From Myxococcota bacterium (GTDB lineage: Bacteria > Myxococcota_A > UBA796 > SXON01): 64,000 bases of DNA. The notes below the pieces were generated by a model. The model did no database searches and was not told the origin of the DNA. It saw only the letters and a list, made by a program, of their open reading frames with translations. The DNA is taken from NCBI GenBank assembly GCA_040386535.1, contig JAZKFH010000032.1:160001-224000 (forward strand). Direction: 5' to 3'. Within the stretch, counting starts at the first letter, position 1. Every line of letters begins with the position of its first letter. A program made the position numbers and the translations under genes. Shown piece after piece: positions 1 to 9,891 of this stretch.

Positions 1-390
1 GGCGTCGAGCGCGCGGCCGGCACCGATCCAGAGGCGCATCGCCGAGTCGAAGTGCGGGCGGGCGTCGTTCGCGTAGCCGGACGAGACGTAGCACTCGGCC
101 AGGTCCATCTGGAGGCCGGGATCGTCCGGCCGCAACGCCACGAGCTGCTTGAGCACGGCCACGGCGGCGCGATGGGCGCCCTCCTTGACCAGGCCCTCGG
201 CCACCTCGCGGAACTGCTTCTCCGCGTCGACCGGCCGGCCGAGCTTGAGCATCAGCTCGCCGACCTTCTGACGGATGCGGCGGTCGCGAGGATCGAGCTT
301 CAGGATCCCGGAGTACGCACGCAGCGCGCCCTCCTGGCTCCCGAGGTTCAATTGGCGCATCGCCTCTTGTTCGAGCTGATTCCGGTCCAT
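1..390 (-). CDS. TPR protein, N-terminal part (SgmX-like); runs off the window edge
   Basis: Not in the ORF track. Manual translation from ATG at 390: MDRNQLEQEAMRQLNLGSQEGALRAYSGILKLDPRDRRIRQKVGELMLKLG..., with TPR-like helical pairs. Lies directly downstream of accC, the position sgmX holds in Myxococcus xanthus. Confidence 0.65.
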   Translation of the reverse strand, partial: MDRNQLEQEAMRQLNLGSQEGALRAYSGILKLDPRDRRIRQKVGELMLKLGRPVDAEKQFREVAEGLVKEGAHRAAVAVLKQLVALRPDDPGLQMDLAECYVSSGYANDARPHFDSAMRLWIGAGRALDA

Positions 391-414
391 CCCAGGGCCT
401 CGTCGGGGCGCAGC

Positions 415-1761
415 CTACCCCGGGCGGTTCTTCAACCACTCGTCGATGTAGCGCGTGTGGAACTTCACATCACGAAAAGCCGGGTCCGAAAGCAGCAACT
501 TCTGGAGCGGAAGCGAGGTCCGGATGCCCTCGACGACGTACTCGTCCATGGCGCCGAGCAGCTTGCGGATCGCCGCCTCGCGGTCGGGGGCGAACACGAT
601 CAGCTTGGCGACGAGCGAGTCGTAGTAGGGCTGGACGAAGGCGCCTTCGTGCACCGCGCTGTCCACGCGTACGCCCGGGCCGCCCGGCGCGTGGTAGCCG
701 GTGATGCGCCCGGGGGACGGCGTGAACTTCCACGGGTCCTCCGCGTTGACGCGCACCTCGATGCTGTGGCCGCGCAGCCGGACCTCGGACTGCGAGAACG
801 GCATCGGCTCGCCCGCGGCGAGGCGGATCTGGAGCTGGACCAGATCAATCCCCGTCACCATCTCGGTGACCGGGTGCTCCACCTGGATGCGCGGGTTGAC
901 CTCGAGGAAGAAGAACTCGTCCCCCTGGACGAGGAACTCGCAGGTGCCGACGGTGACGTAGCCGGTCGAGGCCACGAGGCGCGCGGCGGCGGCGCGGATG
1001 CGGTCCCGCAGGCCCTCGTCGAGGTTCGGCGCGGGCGCCTCCTCGATGATCTTCTGGTGGCGGCGCTGCATCGAGCAGTCGCGCTCGCCGATGTGTACGG
1101 CGGCGCCGTAGCGATCGCCGGCGAACTGGACCTCGATATGGCGCGGCGCGCGGAGGAAGCGCTCGAGGAACACCTCGCCGCTGCCGAACGCGGCCTTCGC
1201 CTCGGCGGAGGTGATCGCGAAGACCTTCCGCAAGGTCTCCTCGTCCTCCACGACGCGCATGCCCTTGCCGCCGCCGCCGGCGGCCGCCTTGAGCATCAGC
1301 GGGTAGCCGGACGCCCGCGCGACCGTGACGGCCTCCTCGAGCTCCTCCACCGCGCCATGGCTGCCGGGGAGCAGCGGCAGGCCCGCGGCGCGCGCGGCGG
1401 CCTTGGCGGAGAGCTTGTCCCCGAACTGGCGGAGGTGCTCCGGCGAGGGGCCGATGAACGTCATGCCGTGGGCGTTGACCGCCTCGGCGAACGTGGCGTT
1501 CTCCGCGAGAAAACCGTACCCCGGGTGCACGGCGTCGACGCGGGTGATGTCGGCCGCCGAGATGACGGCGGGCAGCGACAGGTACGACTGGCGCGCCTGC
1601 GCCGGCCCGATGCACACGCTCTCGTCCGCGAACCGGACGTGCGTGGCCTGGCGATCGGCCTCGGAGTACACGGCGACGGTGCGGATGCCGAGCTCGCGGC
1701 AGGCGCGGATGACGCGCATCGCGATCTCGCCACGGTTGGCGATGAGGATCTTGCGGAACAC
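415..1761 (-). CDS. accC: Acetyl-CoA carboxylase, biotin carboxylase subunit
   Basis: KILIANRGEIA, HPGYGFLAEN, GGGGKGMR, ERDCSMQRRHQK, EVNPRIQVEHPVTE motifs; adjacent to accB. Confidence 0.97.
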   Translation of the reverse strand: MFRKILIANRGEIAMRVIRACRELGIRTVAVYSEADRQATHVRFADESVCIGPAQARQSYLSLPAVISAADITRVDAVHPGYGFLAENATFAEAVNAHGMTFIGPSPEHLRQFGDKLSAKAAARAAGLPLLPGSHGAVEELEEAVTVARASGYPLMLKAAAGGGGKGMRVVEDEETLRKVFAITSAEAKAAFGSGEVFLERFLRAPRHIEVQFAGDRYGAAVHIGERDCSMQRRHQKIIEEAPAPNLDEGLRDRIRAAAARLVASTGYVTVGTCEFLVQGDEFFFLEVNPRIQVEHPVTEMVTGIDLVQLQIRLAAGEPMPFSQSEVRLRGHSIEVRVNAEDPWKFTPSPGRITGYHAPGGPGVRVDSAVHEGAFVQPYYDSLVAKLIVFAPDREAAIRKLLGAMDEYVVEGIRTSLPLQKLLLSDPAFRDVKFHTRYIDEWLKNRPG

Positions 1762-1763
1762 CG

Positions 1764-2216
1764 CTACCTCGCGGCGAGGCGGAAGAGTTCCTGCCCGAAC
1801 TGCACGGGCTGGCCGTTCTCGATCAGGATGTGGGTCACGACGCCGTCCACGTCGCTCTCGATCTGGTTCATCAGCTTCATCGCCTCGACGATGCAGACTA
1901 CCTGGCCCTTGCGGACCTGGTCCCCGATCTCGACGTAGGACTTCGAGTCGGGCGAGGGCGAGCGGTAGAAGGTCCCGACGATCGGGGCCTTGATCACCCG
2001 GCCGTCCGCGGCGGCGACAGGCGCCGAAACCGCGGCGGGAGCGGCGGACGCCGTGGGCGAGGCGACGGGCGCGTACTGCACGGCCTGGGGCGCCCCACCG
2101 GCGCCCTCGAAGCGCACCTTGAGCTTGGAACCCTCAGCGCCGGTCTCCAACGTGAACTCGGCGACACCTTGCCGCTTCATCATCCGAATGAGCTCGGCCA
2201 TCTCCTTGCGGTCCAT
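1764..2216 (-). CDS. accB: Biotin carboxyl carrier protein
   Basis: EAMKLMN biotinylation motif, [13 protein letters not shown], Ala/Pro linker. The ATG at 2216 overlaps the aroQ stop. Confidence 0.96.
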   Translation of the reverse strand: MDRKEMAELIRMMKRQGVAEFTLETGAEGSKLKVRFEGAGGAPQAVQYAPVASPTASAAPAAVSAPVAAADGRVIKAPIVGTFYRSPSPDSKSYVEIGDQVRKGQVVCIVEAMKLMNQIESDVDGVVTHILIENGQPVQFGQELFRLAAR

Positions 2217-2692
2217 CAACCCTCCTCCCCCTTCGTCGGTTCGGCCACGGGGGCGCTGGGGGCGGCGCAGCCTAACAGACCGCGCAGTCCGAGTTCATAG
2301 CTGCGCGCGCCGAATCCACACACGACCCCGACGGCCACGTCGCTGAAGTAGGAGTGGCGCCGAAACGGCTCGCGTGCGTGGACGTTGGACAGATGGACTT
2401 CGACGAAGGGAATCGCGACGGACAGCAGCGCGTCGCGGAGCGCGACGGACGTGTGGGTGAGCCCGCCGGGGTTGATCACGATCCCGCCCACGCCCTCGTC
2501 CGCGGCGGCGTGGACCCGGTCGATGAGCGCGCCCTCCCAGTTCGACTGGAAGGACACGACCGCCGCGCCGAGCTCCGACCCCAGCGAGACCAGCCGCGCG
2601 TCGATGTCCGCGAGGGTCTCGGTCCCGTAGATCTCGGGCTGCCGGCGCCCCAGGCGATCCAGGTTCGGGCCGTGCACGACCAGGATCCTCAC
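2216..2692 (-). CDS. aroQ: Type II 3-dehydroquinate dehydratase
   Basis: [47 protein letters not shown]. Confidence 0.96.
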   Translation of the reverse strand: MRILVVHGPNLDRLGRRQPEIYGTETLADIDARLVSLGSELGAAVVSFQSNWEGALIDRVHAAADEGVGGIVINPGGLTHTSVALRDALLSVAIPFVEVHLSNVHAREPFRRHSYFSDVAVGVVCGFGARSYELGLRGLLGCAAPSAPVAEPTKGEEG

Positions 2693-3465
2693 GGGGTCCT
2701 CCAGAACGGGCGAGCGTAGCGCGCGACGGGGTGGCGCGCGCGCCTCGGCGCTCCGGTCGAGGCGGGCTCGACCACGGTCCGGTCGGCGCCCTCGATGAAG
2801 GCGGCAAACGCGTCCGCGAGCCCGGGGAGCGGCCGACGGCTCGCGCGCGCAGGCAGGGGCGGCTCACCCTCGATGTCGGCGGTCCCGTCGATCGCGCGGT
2901 TCAGCGCCGCGATGTGGGCGAGCGCCGTGGCGGACGAGGGGTGCTCGGCGAGCAGGCGCTCCCAGATCCCGCGCGCCCGGGCGTAGTGGCCGGCACGCGC
3001 GAACCGCGCGGCGAGCGCGGCGTCATCGAAGGGATCGGCCCCACGCGGGGGGGGCTCCGCCGCGGGCATCGAGGCGGGCACGAGCTCGCGCAGCGCCCCG
3101 TCCGGGTGGTTGGCCATGCGCAGGCGCTCGATGAGCGGCCGGGCCTCTCCCATGCGCCCGTCCTCGACGAAGATGCGCGCGAGGAGCGAGGCGGCGGCGA
3201 GGTTCTCGGGGTCACCCTGGACGACTTCGGCGAGCACCTCGGCGGCCAGGGCCCGGTGCCCCATCTCGAGGTGGATGCGCCCGAGCACCACGCGGGCGGG
3301 CGGATGATCCGCGTGCACGCGGAACCCCTCGCGGAGCACCTGCAGCCCCTCGCCGAAGCGCCCCTCTCGTCGGAGCGCGTCCGCCAGGGCCACGAACGCG
3401 GTCGACCGTGGATCGTCCCTCAACCGCCGGGTGAGGCGGGCGATCTCGGCCTCCGCCACGACCAC
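2689..3465 (-). CDS. Tetratricopeptide repeat protein
   Basis: [18 protein letters not shown] and [13 protein letters not shown] are TPR-like repeats; 4-bp overlap with aroQ. Confidence 0.75.
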   Translation of the reverse strand: MVVAEAEIARLTRRLRDDPRSTAFVALADALRREGRFGEGLQVLREGFRVHADHPPARVVLGRIHLEMGHRALAAEVLAEVVQGDPENLAAASLLARIFVEDGRMGEARPLIERLRMANHPDGALRELVPASMPAAEPPPRGADPFDDAALAARFARAGHYARARGIWERLLAEHPSSATALAHIAALNRAIDGTADIEGEPPLPARASRRPLPGLADAFAAFIEGADRTVVEPASTGAPRRARHPVARYARPFWRTP

Positions 3466-4050
3466 CTACTGGAAGTCGTAGGACCAGGAATCGGCGGCGA
3501 CGCCGATGCTGGCGTAGAGGGAGATCGGGATGATCTCCCCCTCGTCGTCGGACGGGATGGAGTCGATGAACACGTAGAACTCGAGGATGCCGCGGCCGTC
3601 GGTGCCGCCCTCCATGTACGTGGGGCGGAAGCCGCCGAGATCGTTGTACTCGCCCGCGAACTCGACGTAGCGCTCCTCGCCGATGTCGAACCAGGCGTTG
3701 CACTCCTCGGACGCGTCGTCGTCGCAGCCGGCCTCGTACTCGTCCACGATGGTCACAGCGGTGGCCGGGATGACGTAGGCGGCGGACCAGCCGGACGTGA
3801 TGTCGACGAGGATGTTGTTGAGCGGGAGCTCGCGTGTCTCGCCGCCGCCGTCGCCGCCGTCCGACACGATCCGGCTCACCATCACCTGCTCGCGGACGAG
3901 CAGCCCGATGCCGTCATCCGGGTCGTTGTAGCTCACGTCGAAGATGGCCCCGAGCGAGCCGACGCCGCCCTTGTAGGTGACGATCGCGTCACTGGGGGCG
4001 CCATAGGGCCCCGATGCGCAGCCGATGGAGAGGGCGAGGAGGAGGGACAT
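3466..4050 (-). CDS. Hypothetical acidic lipoprotein
   Basis: ATG at 4050 overlaps the aroB stop; MSLLLALSIGC is lipobox-like; Asp/Glu-rich; high GC3 codon use. Confidence 0.65.
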   Translation of the reverse strand: MSLLLALSIGCASGPYGAPSDAIVTYKGGVGSLGAIFDVSYNDPDDGIGLLVREQVMVSRIVSDGGDGGGETRELPLNNILVDITSGWSAAYVIPATAVTIVDEYEAGCDDDASEECNAWFDIGEERYVEFAGEYNDLGGFRPTYMEGGTDGRGILEFYVFIDSIPSDDEGEIIPISLYASIGVAADSWSYDFQ

Positions 4051-5216
4051 CAGGGGCTCCACGAGGACCCACGAGGGGCGACGACGGGATCGGAAGCGGC
4101 GGGGGAAGCGGAGGCGGCGGCCGGATCGAACGGGGGCTCGAGCAGGGCCCGAACCAGGGCCGGGACCTCCTCGACGGGGAGGGATCGAAGGTCGATCCGG
4201 CCCGGCGCAGAAGGAACTACGAGCCTCACCATACCACGGGCGCGCTTCTTGTCGAAGCCCACGGCCGCCACGAGCGCGGTCGCGTCCACACCGGGCGGCA
4301 CCACGGTCGGCAGGCCGAGCGCGAGGCACAACGCGTGGAGCCGAGCGGGCAGCCCCGGGTCGGCCAACCAGCCCTGGCGCGCGGCGTAGCGCGTCATGCC
4401 GAGGAGCCCGAGGGCGACGGCCTCTCCGTGCCGCACCACGCCGTAGCCGCACACGGTCTCGACCGCGTGCCCGAGGGTGTGGCCGAGGTTCAGGATGGCG
4501 CGCCGGCCGGCCTCGTGGGGGTCCTCCGCCACGATCTCCGCCTTGGTGCGCACCGAGTCGGCGACCATCCTGGCGAGCGCGACGGCGTCCCGACGGACGA
4601 GGGCCGGCGCGAGGGCCTCGCACGCCGCGAGGGCCTCCTCCCCGCGGATCACCACGTGCTTGACCACCTCGCCGAAGCCGCAGCGGAGCTCGGCGTCCGG
4701 GAGCGTCCGCAGCGTGTCGAGCGCGGCCCAGACGAGCTCGGGCTGGTGGAACGCGCCGACGAGGTTCTTGCCGTGCGGGGTGTTCACGCCGGTCTTGCCG
4801 CCGACGGACGAGTCGACCATCGCGAGCAGCGTCGTCGGGACCTGCACCAGCGGCAGCCCGCGCAGCACGGTGGCCGCGGCGAACCCGACGAGGTCACCCG
4901 TCACGCCGCCGCCGAGCGCGAGGACCGGCGTGTGTCGATCCACCCGCGCGACCAGGAGCCCCTCGACGAGGCCCTGCCAGCTCGCGAGCGTCTTGTGGGC
5001 CTCGCCGTCGGGCACGTCGAGGCGCTCGGGGAGCCAGCCCGCACCGCGCAGCTCGGCCTCGAGCGCGGCGGCATGGAGCGGCCCGACGACCGGGTTCGTG
5101 ACGACGACACACCGCCCCGGCGCGCGCAGCTCGGCCATCGCGGCGCCGAGGCCCGCGAACGTGTCGGCCACGACGACGTCGTAGGCGGCCCCCGCCACCG
5201 CTACCGGAATCCGCAC
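4050..5216 (-). CDS. aroB: 3-dehydroquinate synthase
   Basis: DGEAHK, ALGGGVTGDLVGF, PTTLLAMVDSSVGGKTGVN, LNLGHTLGHAVE, HGEAVA. GTG at 5216 with GGAGG RBS. Confidence 0.95.
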   Translation of the reverse strand: MRIPVAVAGAAYDVVVADTFAGLGAAMAELRAPGRCVVVTNPVVGPLHAAALEAELRGAGWLPERLDVPDGEAHKTLASWQGLVEGLLVARVDRHTPVLALGGGVTGDLVGFAAATVLRGLPLVQVPTTLLAMVDSSVGGKTGVNTPHGKNLVGAFHQPELVWAALDTLRTLPDAELRCGFGEVVKHVVIRGEEALAACEALAPALVRRDAVALARMVADSVRTKAEIVAEDPHEAGRRAILNLGHTLGHAVETVCGYGVVRHGEAVALGLLGMTRYAARQGWLADPGLPARLHALCLALGLPTVVPPGVDATALVAAVGFDKKRARGMVRLVVPSAPGRIDLRSLPVEEVPALVRALLEPPFDPAAASASPAASDPVVAPRGSSWSP

Positions 5217-5710
5217 AACGCCTCCACCCGATCGGCCACGGCCGCCGGCTCCAGCCCATCCGTACACACCTGGGGGCCGGCTGCCCGCCAGGCCTCGGCG
5301 CGCGCGACCAACAATGACTCGAGCTGGGCGGCCAACGGCCGGCCCGGCGTGTCGCCGATGCGCGCCCGCAGCGTCTCCGCCGCGCCCATCAACACGACCA
5401 CGCGCCACTCCTGCAAGAGCGCGCGGTTCACGGGATCCACGACGGTGCCGCCGCCGAGCGCGAGCACGCCCTGTGTGAGCGGCCCCTCCCCGCGCGATCC
5501 CGGGCCGTGCACGACGCTCCGGAGCGTCTCCTGCTCCCGACGCCGAAACCCGGCCTCCCCTTCCCGCGCGAAGATCGCCGGGATGTCCCCGATCTCGGCG
5601 TCGAGATCGACGAACGGCACCCCCCAGCGCGCCGCGAGCAGGCGGCCCACGGTCGACTTGCCGGCGCCCATCGGCCCGGCGAGCGCGACGCGCACCGGCG
5701 GGCCGCCCAT
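5201..5710 (-). CDS. aroK: Shikimate kinase
   Basis: P-loop GPMGAGKSTVG, DLD, GEAGFRRRE, LGGG; lies between pilQ and aroB. Confidence 0.93.
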   Translation of the reverse strand: MGGPPVRVALAGPMGAGKSTVGRLLAARWGVPFVDLDAEIGDIPAIFAREGEAGFRRREQETLRSVVHGPGSRGEGPLTQGVLALGGGTVVDPVNRALLQEWRVVVLMGAAETLRARIGDTPGRPLAAQLESLLVARAEAWRAAGPQVCTDGLEPAAVADRVEALCGFR

Positions 5711-8035
5711 CTACCGCTCCGACTCCAGCGGCACGATGCGGGGCGTGATGAACACGAGCATCTCGTTCTGCGCGCGCGACTTCGTCGAGTTCTTGAACAG
5801 GAGCCCGATGATCGGGATGCTCCCGAGGCCCGGCACCCGGGTCTGGGACCAGGACTCGGTGGTGGCGTACACGCCGCCGAGCACCGTCGTGTCGCCGTCG
5901 GGCACGAGCACCCGGGTCGTGATCGACTTCGTGGTGATCTGCGGGTTGCCGTTCACCGCGTTGGCGAAGTCCGGACGATCGTTCGACACCATGATGTCGA
6001 GGAAGATGGTCCCGTCCGAAGTGATGTGGGGCGTCACGGCGAGCTCGAGGTTGGCCTCCACGAACTGCACCTGGGTGCCGTTCTGGCTGGTCGTCTCGAA
6101 GGGCACGCGCGCGCCCTGGATGACCGTGGCCTCCTCGTTGTCCAGCGCGGTCACGCGCGGGCTCGAGATGATCTTGCCCCAACCCTCGGCCTCGACCGCC
6201 GAGAGGCGCGCGTCGAGATCGATGAGCCCGGGGATGCTGCCGAGCGAGAACGCGAGCGCGCCGGCGGGGGTTCCGGTCGCCGCGAGGTCGACCAGGAGGC
6301 TGTCGGCGCCGGCGGTGAAGAACGTGCTGTCGCTGTCGCCATTGGCGAGCGTTCCGCCGCTCACGCCGATGTTGTTCGGGAAGAACGCGCCCGTGGGGTA
6401 CCCGGTGGCCGCGGAGGCATCGACCATGCCGCCCCACTGGATGCCGAGGCTCCGCGTGAAGTTGCTCGTGGCCTCGACGAAGCGGGCCTCGATGCTGACC
6501 TGGCGGTTGGGCTTGTCGAGCGTGCGGAGGAGCTCGCGGATCTGGGCCACGTTCTCCGCGCGGTCACGCACGATGAGCTGGTTGCCGCGCGTGTCGATCT
6601 GCACGCTGCCGCGCGGCGAGAGCACGGAGGTCACCTGCTCGGTGAGCTCGTCGGCCTGGGCGTAGTTGAGGGGGGCGACGTAGAGCTGGAGCTCGGCGAG
6701 GTCGGCCGAGGCCTTCTCCGACTCGAGCGTGGCCTGCTGCTCGGCCTTGATCGTCTCGAGCGGCGCGACACGGATGATGTTGCCGAGCCGCTGCGCGCCG
6801 AGGCCCTTGGCCTGGAGCACCGCGCCGAGCGCCTCGTCCCACGGCACGTCCTTGAGCCGCACCGTCACCTTGCCCGCCACGTCGTCGGAGGTGATGATGT
6901 TGATGTCGGCGAAGTCGGCGATGAAGCGGAACACCACGTGGATGTCCGCCTCCTGCAGGTCGATGCTCATCCGCTTGCCGGTCGACCGCGTGGAGCTGGC
7001 GCTCTTCACGTCCGTGGCGAAGCTCAACGAGCCCGGGGACGACGAGCCGCCGCCGGTGCCGAACACGGCCTGGGGATCGACCGAGCGGCCGGAGCCCGTG
7101 ATGAGGACCTCGGAGCCCTTGCTGTTCGAGAGGCCTTGGCCCCCGTTGGTCTCTGGGGTGGAGGGCGCGGCCGGGACCGCGCGGCTCACGGCGGCGCCCT
7201 TGAGGGCCGCCTCCCGCTTGGCGAGGATGTCGGCCGGGATCTGGATGGAGATCACCGTGAGCCCGGACTCGCGGGACACCTCGTACTCGGCGCCCTCGCG
7301 CAGCACGACGGTGATGCGGGCGCCCGCCGCGGTGGGTGTGGCCTTGACCGAGTCGACCGCGCTGTAGAAGAAGCGGGTGTCGAGCTCGCGACCGAGGCTC
7401 TCGGCGATGCGCGCGCCGGGGAGATCGATGGCGATGGTGTTGCGCGAGGGCTGGGAGACCGCGGGCTCGACGTCCTGGGCGCCGATGAGCAGACGGCTCA
7501 CGCGGTCCTTCTGCTGAAAATCGAGCGAGGTGAGCGCGGCGCCGTTGATGGGCGCCTGGGGCCCGGAGAGCTTCACGTCGCCCGCGGCCGGCGCGCCGAG
7601 CGCCTCGGCGAGCGGATCGGAGACCGCGCCCGGGGTGAGGGAGAGGACGATGGCGCCCGCCTCGCTCTTGATGTCCCATTGGGCGGGGCCGGTGAGCCAC
7701 AACGTGAGGCGGACGTTGTCCGTGCCATCGTTGAACGTGCCGTACTCGGCGCGCGAGACGAGGCCCCCGATGGCGGGCACCGCGCCCGCGGTGAGCGTCG
7801 CGCCCGCGATGTCGAGCACCAGCCGCTCGGGGTTGGTCTGCCGGAACGGGCTCACCGTCGGGCGCGCACCGGTGCCGTCGAGGGCGATGCGCACGACGGT
7901 CACGTCGGCGTTGGTGCCAATCTGGGTGGTACCCACGTTGGCGGGTTCGAGGGCGAAGGCGGGCGCGGCCGTGAGGGCCGCCACCAGGACCAGGCCCGCG
8001 ACACGAGCCCTATCCCCAAGAGAGAAGCGGATCAT
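5711..8035 (-). CDS. pilQ: Type IV pilus secretin
   Basis: N-terminal AMIN-like domains, VTVRLKDVPWDEAL, QVSIEARFVEA, VPGLGSIPIIGLLFK, EMLVFITPRI. Confidence 0.95.
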   Translation of the reverse strand: MIRFSLGDRARVAGLVLVAALTAAPAFALEPANVGTTQIGTNADVTVVRIALDGTGARPTVSPFRQTNPERLVLDIAGATLTAGAVPAIGGLVSRAEYGTFNDGTDNVRLTLWLTGPAQWDIKSEAGAIVLSLTPGAVSDPLAEALGAPAAGDVKLSGPQAPINGAALTSLDFQQKDRVSRLLIGAQDVEPAVSQPSRNTIAIDLPGARIAESLGRELDTRFFYSAVDSVKATPTAAGARITVVLREGAEYEVSRESGLTVISIQIPADILAKREAALKGAAVSRAVPAAPSTPETNGGQGLSNSKGSEVLITGSGRSVDPQAVFGTGGGSSSPGSLSFATDVKSASSTRSTGKRMSIDLQEADIHVVFRFIADFADINIITSDDVAGKVTVRLKDVPWDEALGAVLQAKGLGAQRLGNIIRVAPLETIKAEQQATLESEKASADLAELQLYVAPLNYAQADELTEQVTSVLSPRGSVQIDTRGNQLIVRDRAENVAQIRELLRTLDKPNRQVSIEARFVEATSNFTRSLGIQWGGMVDASAATGYPTGAFFPNNIGVSGGTLANGDSDSTFFTAGADSLLVDLAATGTPAGALAFSLGSIPGLIDLDARLSAVEAEGWGKIISSPRVTALDNEEATVIQGARVPFETTSQNGTQVQFVEANLELAVTPHITSDGTIFLDIMVSNDRPDFANAVNGNPQITTKSITTRVLVPDGDTTVLGGVYATTESWSQTRVPGLGSIPIIGLLFKNSTKSRAQNEMLVFITPRIVPLESER

Positions 8036-8514
8036 TTCCTAGCCTCGGTGGGGAAGCACACCGTTACGGGGTTGACGACGAGCTCGCCGTCGAGTGTCTG
8101 GTACTCCTCGGTCACGACCACGCAGCCCTCGGAGATGGAGGTGACCTTTCCCCAGTTGCGACCGACGTAGGTGCCGAGGACGATCGAGTGCCCGGTGCCC
8201 TCGGGGTCGATGAGGAGGCCCCGGGGGGACGACGTGTTCCAGATCACGCCTTTGAGCGCGTACTTGTCGATCTCCCAGCGCTGTAGCGGCGGCGCGTCGG
8301 CGCGGATCTCCTCCGCGCGGCCCCGCTTGATGAAGCTCTGGAACGGGTCACGTTTGCCGGCGGGGTTGTAGTAGTACTCTTCGGCCTCGGTCGCGGCGAC
8401 GTTGGCGCCCTCGGCCTTGACGGGCGCCTTCATCGGCGCGCTGGTGCCGCCGCCGCTGGGGACGGGCTCGCCGCACGCAACGAGGAGCAGTGCGAGCGCC
8501 AGGAGCCTATTCAT
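8032..8514 (-). CDS. pilP: Type IV pilus assembly lipoprotein PilP
   Basis: Lipobox LLVAC, YNPAGKRDPF, GTYVGRNWGKV; operon position. Confidence 0.92.
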   Translation of the reverse strand: MNRLLALALLLVACGEPVPSGGGTSAPMKAPVKAEGANVAATEAEEYYYNPAGKRDPFQSFIKRGRAEEIRADAPPLQRWEIDKYALKGVIWNTSSPRGLLIDPEGTGHSIVLGTYVGRNWGKVTSISEGCVVVTEEYQTLDGELVVNPVTVCFPTEARK

Positions 8515-9148
8515 TGGCCCCTCCGCCCGCGGGCTGCTGCCGGCCCTGCTTGGGGGCGTTGCGACGCTCCTCGATCTCCTTCTCGGTGAGGAAGCGGTAG
8601 GTCACCGCCTGTGCGCTCACCTTCAGGGTGGTCTCGGAGCCCAACTCCACCGGGTCCGACATCTCGATGTCCTGTACGGAGACGATGCGGCTCATCTTGC
8701 GGACGCGATCGAAGAAGATGCCGATCTCGTGGAAGCTGCCGTCCATCACGAGCTGAACCGGCACCTCGGCGAAGTACTCGTGGAGCACCTCGGGCAGCGG
8801 CTGGAAGCGGCGCACGTCGAGGCCGGACTTGCGGGCGTGGCCGTCGATCTCGGAGAGCAGGACGGGGATCTCGCGATCGTCCGGGAGCTCCTTGAGCGCC
8901 TTCTTGAGCTGGCTCGCCAACCCTTCCAACTCGGCCTCGAACGACGCGCGATTCTCGGCGCGGGTGCGCACCTGGTTCCGCTTGGTCGTGAGCTCGGCCT
9001 GGACGGCGCGGGCGCTGTCGATCTCGGCCCACGTGGGCGAGACGAGCGAGAAGAAGAACACCACGCAGATGACGAGGTACCCGAGGCCGACCAGGAGCAG
9101 GCGTTGGGAGCGCGGGAGGCGGGTGTAACGATCGAGGAGTTGGCTCAC
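8507..9148 (-). CDS. pilO: Type IV pilus assembly protein PilO
   Basis: N-terminal TM, coiled coil, LPDDREIPVLL, EYFAEVPV, GSFHEIGIFF. Confidence 0.92.
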   Translation of the reverse strand: MSQLLDRYTRLPRSQRLLLVGLGYLVICVVFFFSLVSPTWAEIDSARAVQAELTTKRNQVRTRAENRASFEAELEGLASQLKKALKELPDDREIPVLLSEIDGHARKSGLDVRRFQPLPEVLHEYFAEVPVQLVMDGSFHEIGIFFDRVRKMSRIVSVQDIEMSDPVELGSETTLKVSAQAVTYRFLTEKEIEERRNAPKQGRQQPAGGGANE

Positions 9149-9891
9149 TTGCCACCTCCGGGTACGGCGACGGGTGCGGCGGCGGGGGCCGGGGCGATGT
9201 CAGCGGGCGCGGGGGCCGGCGTAGCAGGAGCCGGCGTCGAAGGGGCCGGTGTCGTCGGGGCCGGGATCTCGGCACCCGGCGGGACGGGCACGGGGACACT
9301 CCCCTCACCAGCTCCCTTGACCGCCGCGGTCCTGGCCGCGGAGGGTGTCACCAACCGCGCGGTGAGCTTGAAGGACTTGAGCGTGATGGAGAGGTTCTTC
9401 TCGGGGGCCATCGCCTCGATGTCCTGCAGGTACACCTGCTCGAAGTAGGGCGAGTCGTCGAGCGCGCGCAGGAAGTTGCTGATCACGTCGTTGCTGACGG
9501 AGACGCCGGTGACACGCACCTCGCCGCCCTTCTCCTCGACCTCGGTGAGGAACAGCTTCTCGGGCGCGGCGGCGGTGAGCTCGTCCAACATGTGGACGGG
9601 GCCCGACTTCTTGTCACGAAGCTCCTGGATGACCGCGAGCTTGCGCTCGAGCTCGGCCTTGAACTTCTCCATCTCGTCGACCTTGGCGACATCCGCGGCG
9701 AGGCGGTCGATCTCGGCCTGGAGAGCACCGTTCTCGGCGCGGGTGGAGCTGAGCTGGTAGGTGAAGAAGCCCCAGGTCGCGCCACACAGGAGCACCACCA
9801 GGAAGCCGCCGACCAGCGCCAACGACAGCTCGATGCGCGCGGCTTCGAGCTTCCGGGTCTGCCGGACGGGGAGGAGGTTTATGCGGATCAT
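9145..9891 (-). CDS. pilN: Type IV pilus assembly protein PilN
   Basis: MIRINLLP N-terminal PilM-binding motif (ATG at 9891), TM helix, coiled coil, Pro-rich tail. Confidence 0.93.
   Translation of the reverse strand: MIRINLLPVRQTRKLEAARIELSLALVGGFLVVLLCGATWGFFTYQLSSTRAENGALQAEIDRLAADVAKVDEMEKFKAELERKLAVIQELRDKKSGPVHMLDELTAAAPEKLFLTEVEEKGGEVRVTGVSVSNDVISNFLRALDDSPYFEQVYLQDIEAMAPEKNLSITLKSFKLTARLVTPSAARTAAVKGAGEGSVPVPVPPGAEIPAPTTPAPSTPAPATPAPAPADIAPAPAAAPVAVPGGGK

Noticed and set aside
52..8170. Long plus-strand ORFs (52..1938, 2731..4389, 4014..6665, 5507..8170)
   Set aside because: Antisense to accC, aroB and pilQ, with no recognisable motifs.
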